DNA of 64,000 bases from an uncultured Gemmatimonadales bacterium (GTDB taxonomy: Bacteria; Gemmatimonadota; Gemmatimonadetes; Longimicrobiales; Gaopeijiaceae). A program made the translations under genes and the position numbers. Within the stretch, counting starts at the first letter, position 1. Each line of letters starts with the position of its first letter. The notes beneath the pieces are model-generated. The model was not told the DNA's origin. It searched no databases and saw nothing but the letters and a program-made list of their open reading frames with translations. This document shows positions 63,352 through 64,000 of this stretch, one piece after another. The stretch spans positions 3,618,772 through 3,682,771 of the forward strand of contig CAWELD010000003.1 in NCBI GenBank assembly GCA_963809895.1. The letters run 5' to 3'.

Positions 63352-64000
63352 ATGCAGGGCAGAACAAGGACCTTGTGGAGTCTGCTTTTCATCCAGGTGG
63401 GTGCGTTGCTCTCCTGCTCCCCGGCAAGCGATCTGTCTGAGAGCAGGGGAGTAACGCGCCACCTTATTGAGCGATGGACTTCAGTCGCGTCTTTTGGTGA
63501 TCCCGAGTACGCGGTCGTCGACCCTCGTGACTCGACCGTATATGTCGTGGACCGCCTTCTGTCGTCTGTTGTTGTGGTTGGGCCAGACGGGGGCATTTAT
63601 TGCCACTTGGGGGAGACCAGGGGATGGCCCCGGTGAGTTCCGGCGGGTCGAGCGGATTGGGTTGATGGCTGGACGTGTCTGGGTCTTCGATACGGCGCTA
63701 CGGCGAGTGACGTGGTTCACAACCGACGGAAGTGTGGTCGGGACCAAGGCGTTTGAAGAGGGCCCAATCGGCTGGACGCCCTGGCGAATTGCGGGTGGGC
63801 TTCCCTTCGCAAGGGGACGCTACCTGGGAGTACCCCGCGCCTCGTCGGGTGAGATCTCTCACCCATTGGACACATGGCCGCTGACGATTCTTGTCGATTC
63901 GGGCCCGATGATTGAGAGAGAGCTGGCTCTTGGCGCACCGGTCACGGCTGCTATCGAGCGGAGCGACGGCAGCCCTTGGCCAGTCCTGAGCCCCCAGCTG
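63352..64000 (+). CDS. 6-bladed beta-propeller lipoprotein (frameshifted, runs to window edge)
   Basis: Lipobox LLSC; VYVVD, then GDGPGEF...VWVFD in a shifted frame. Confidence 0.65.

Overview
High-GC bacterial window, most likely Gemmatimonadota (inferred from SusC/SusD and Oar-type TonB receptors, PadR plus ADOP duplicated permeases, and tandem Ser/Thr kinase-propeller proteins). From left to right: (1) a GntR-associated SusC/SusD locus with a secreted P1/DmpA-family peptidase and a class III aminotransferase; (2) a repeat-rich intergenic region, then PadR plus an ADOP permease; (3) a lower-GC tandem duplication of an S1 serine protease lipoprotein plus an Ig-like lipoprotein, whose second copy is hit by ISL3 and has lost the protease; (4) PhoD, ALDH, SDR and a tartrate-type dehydrogenase; (5) toxin-antitoxin debris tied to a dispersed ~180-bp repeat family; (6) two Oar-type receptors, two kinases, an RCC1 lipoprotein and an ECF/anti-sigma operon; (7) a compact candidate biosynthetic operon (2 B12-radical SAM, 2 GNAT-like, GH3 ligase, membrane protein, desaturase), the best candidate for an undescribed system; (8) two TA pairs; (9) an island edge marked by an M20 peptidase 3' fragment, carrying ECF sigma and AraC regulators, small Cys-rich secreted proteins, a beta-propeller lipoprotein, IS630 and IS21. 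Many single-base frameshifts look like sequencing or consensus errors rather than true pseudogenes. No rRNA, tRNA or CRISPR array was recognised. All calls come from motif recognition by eye; no searches were run.
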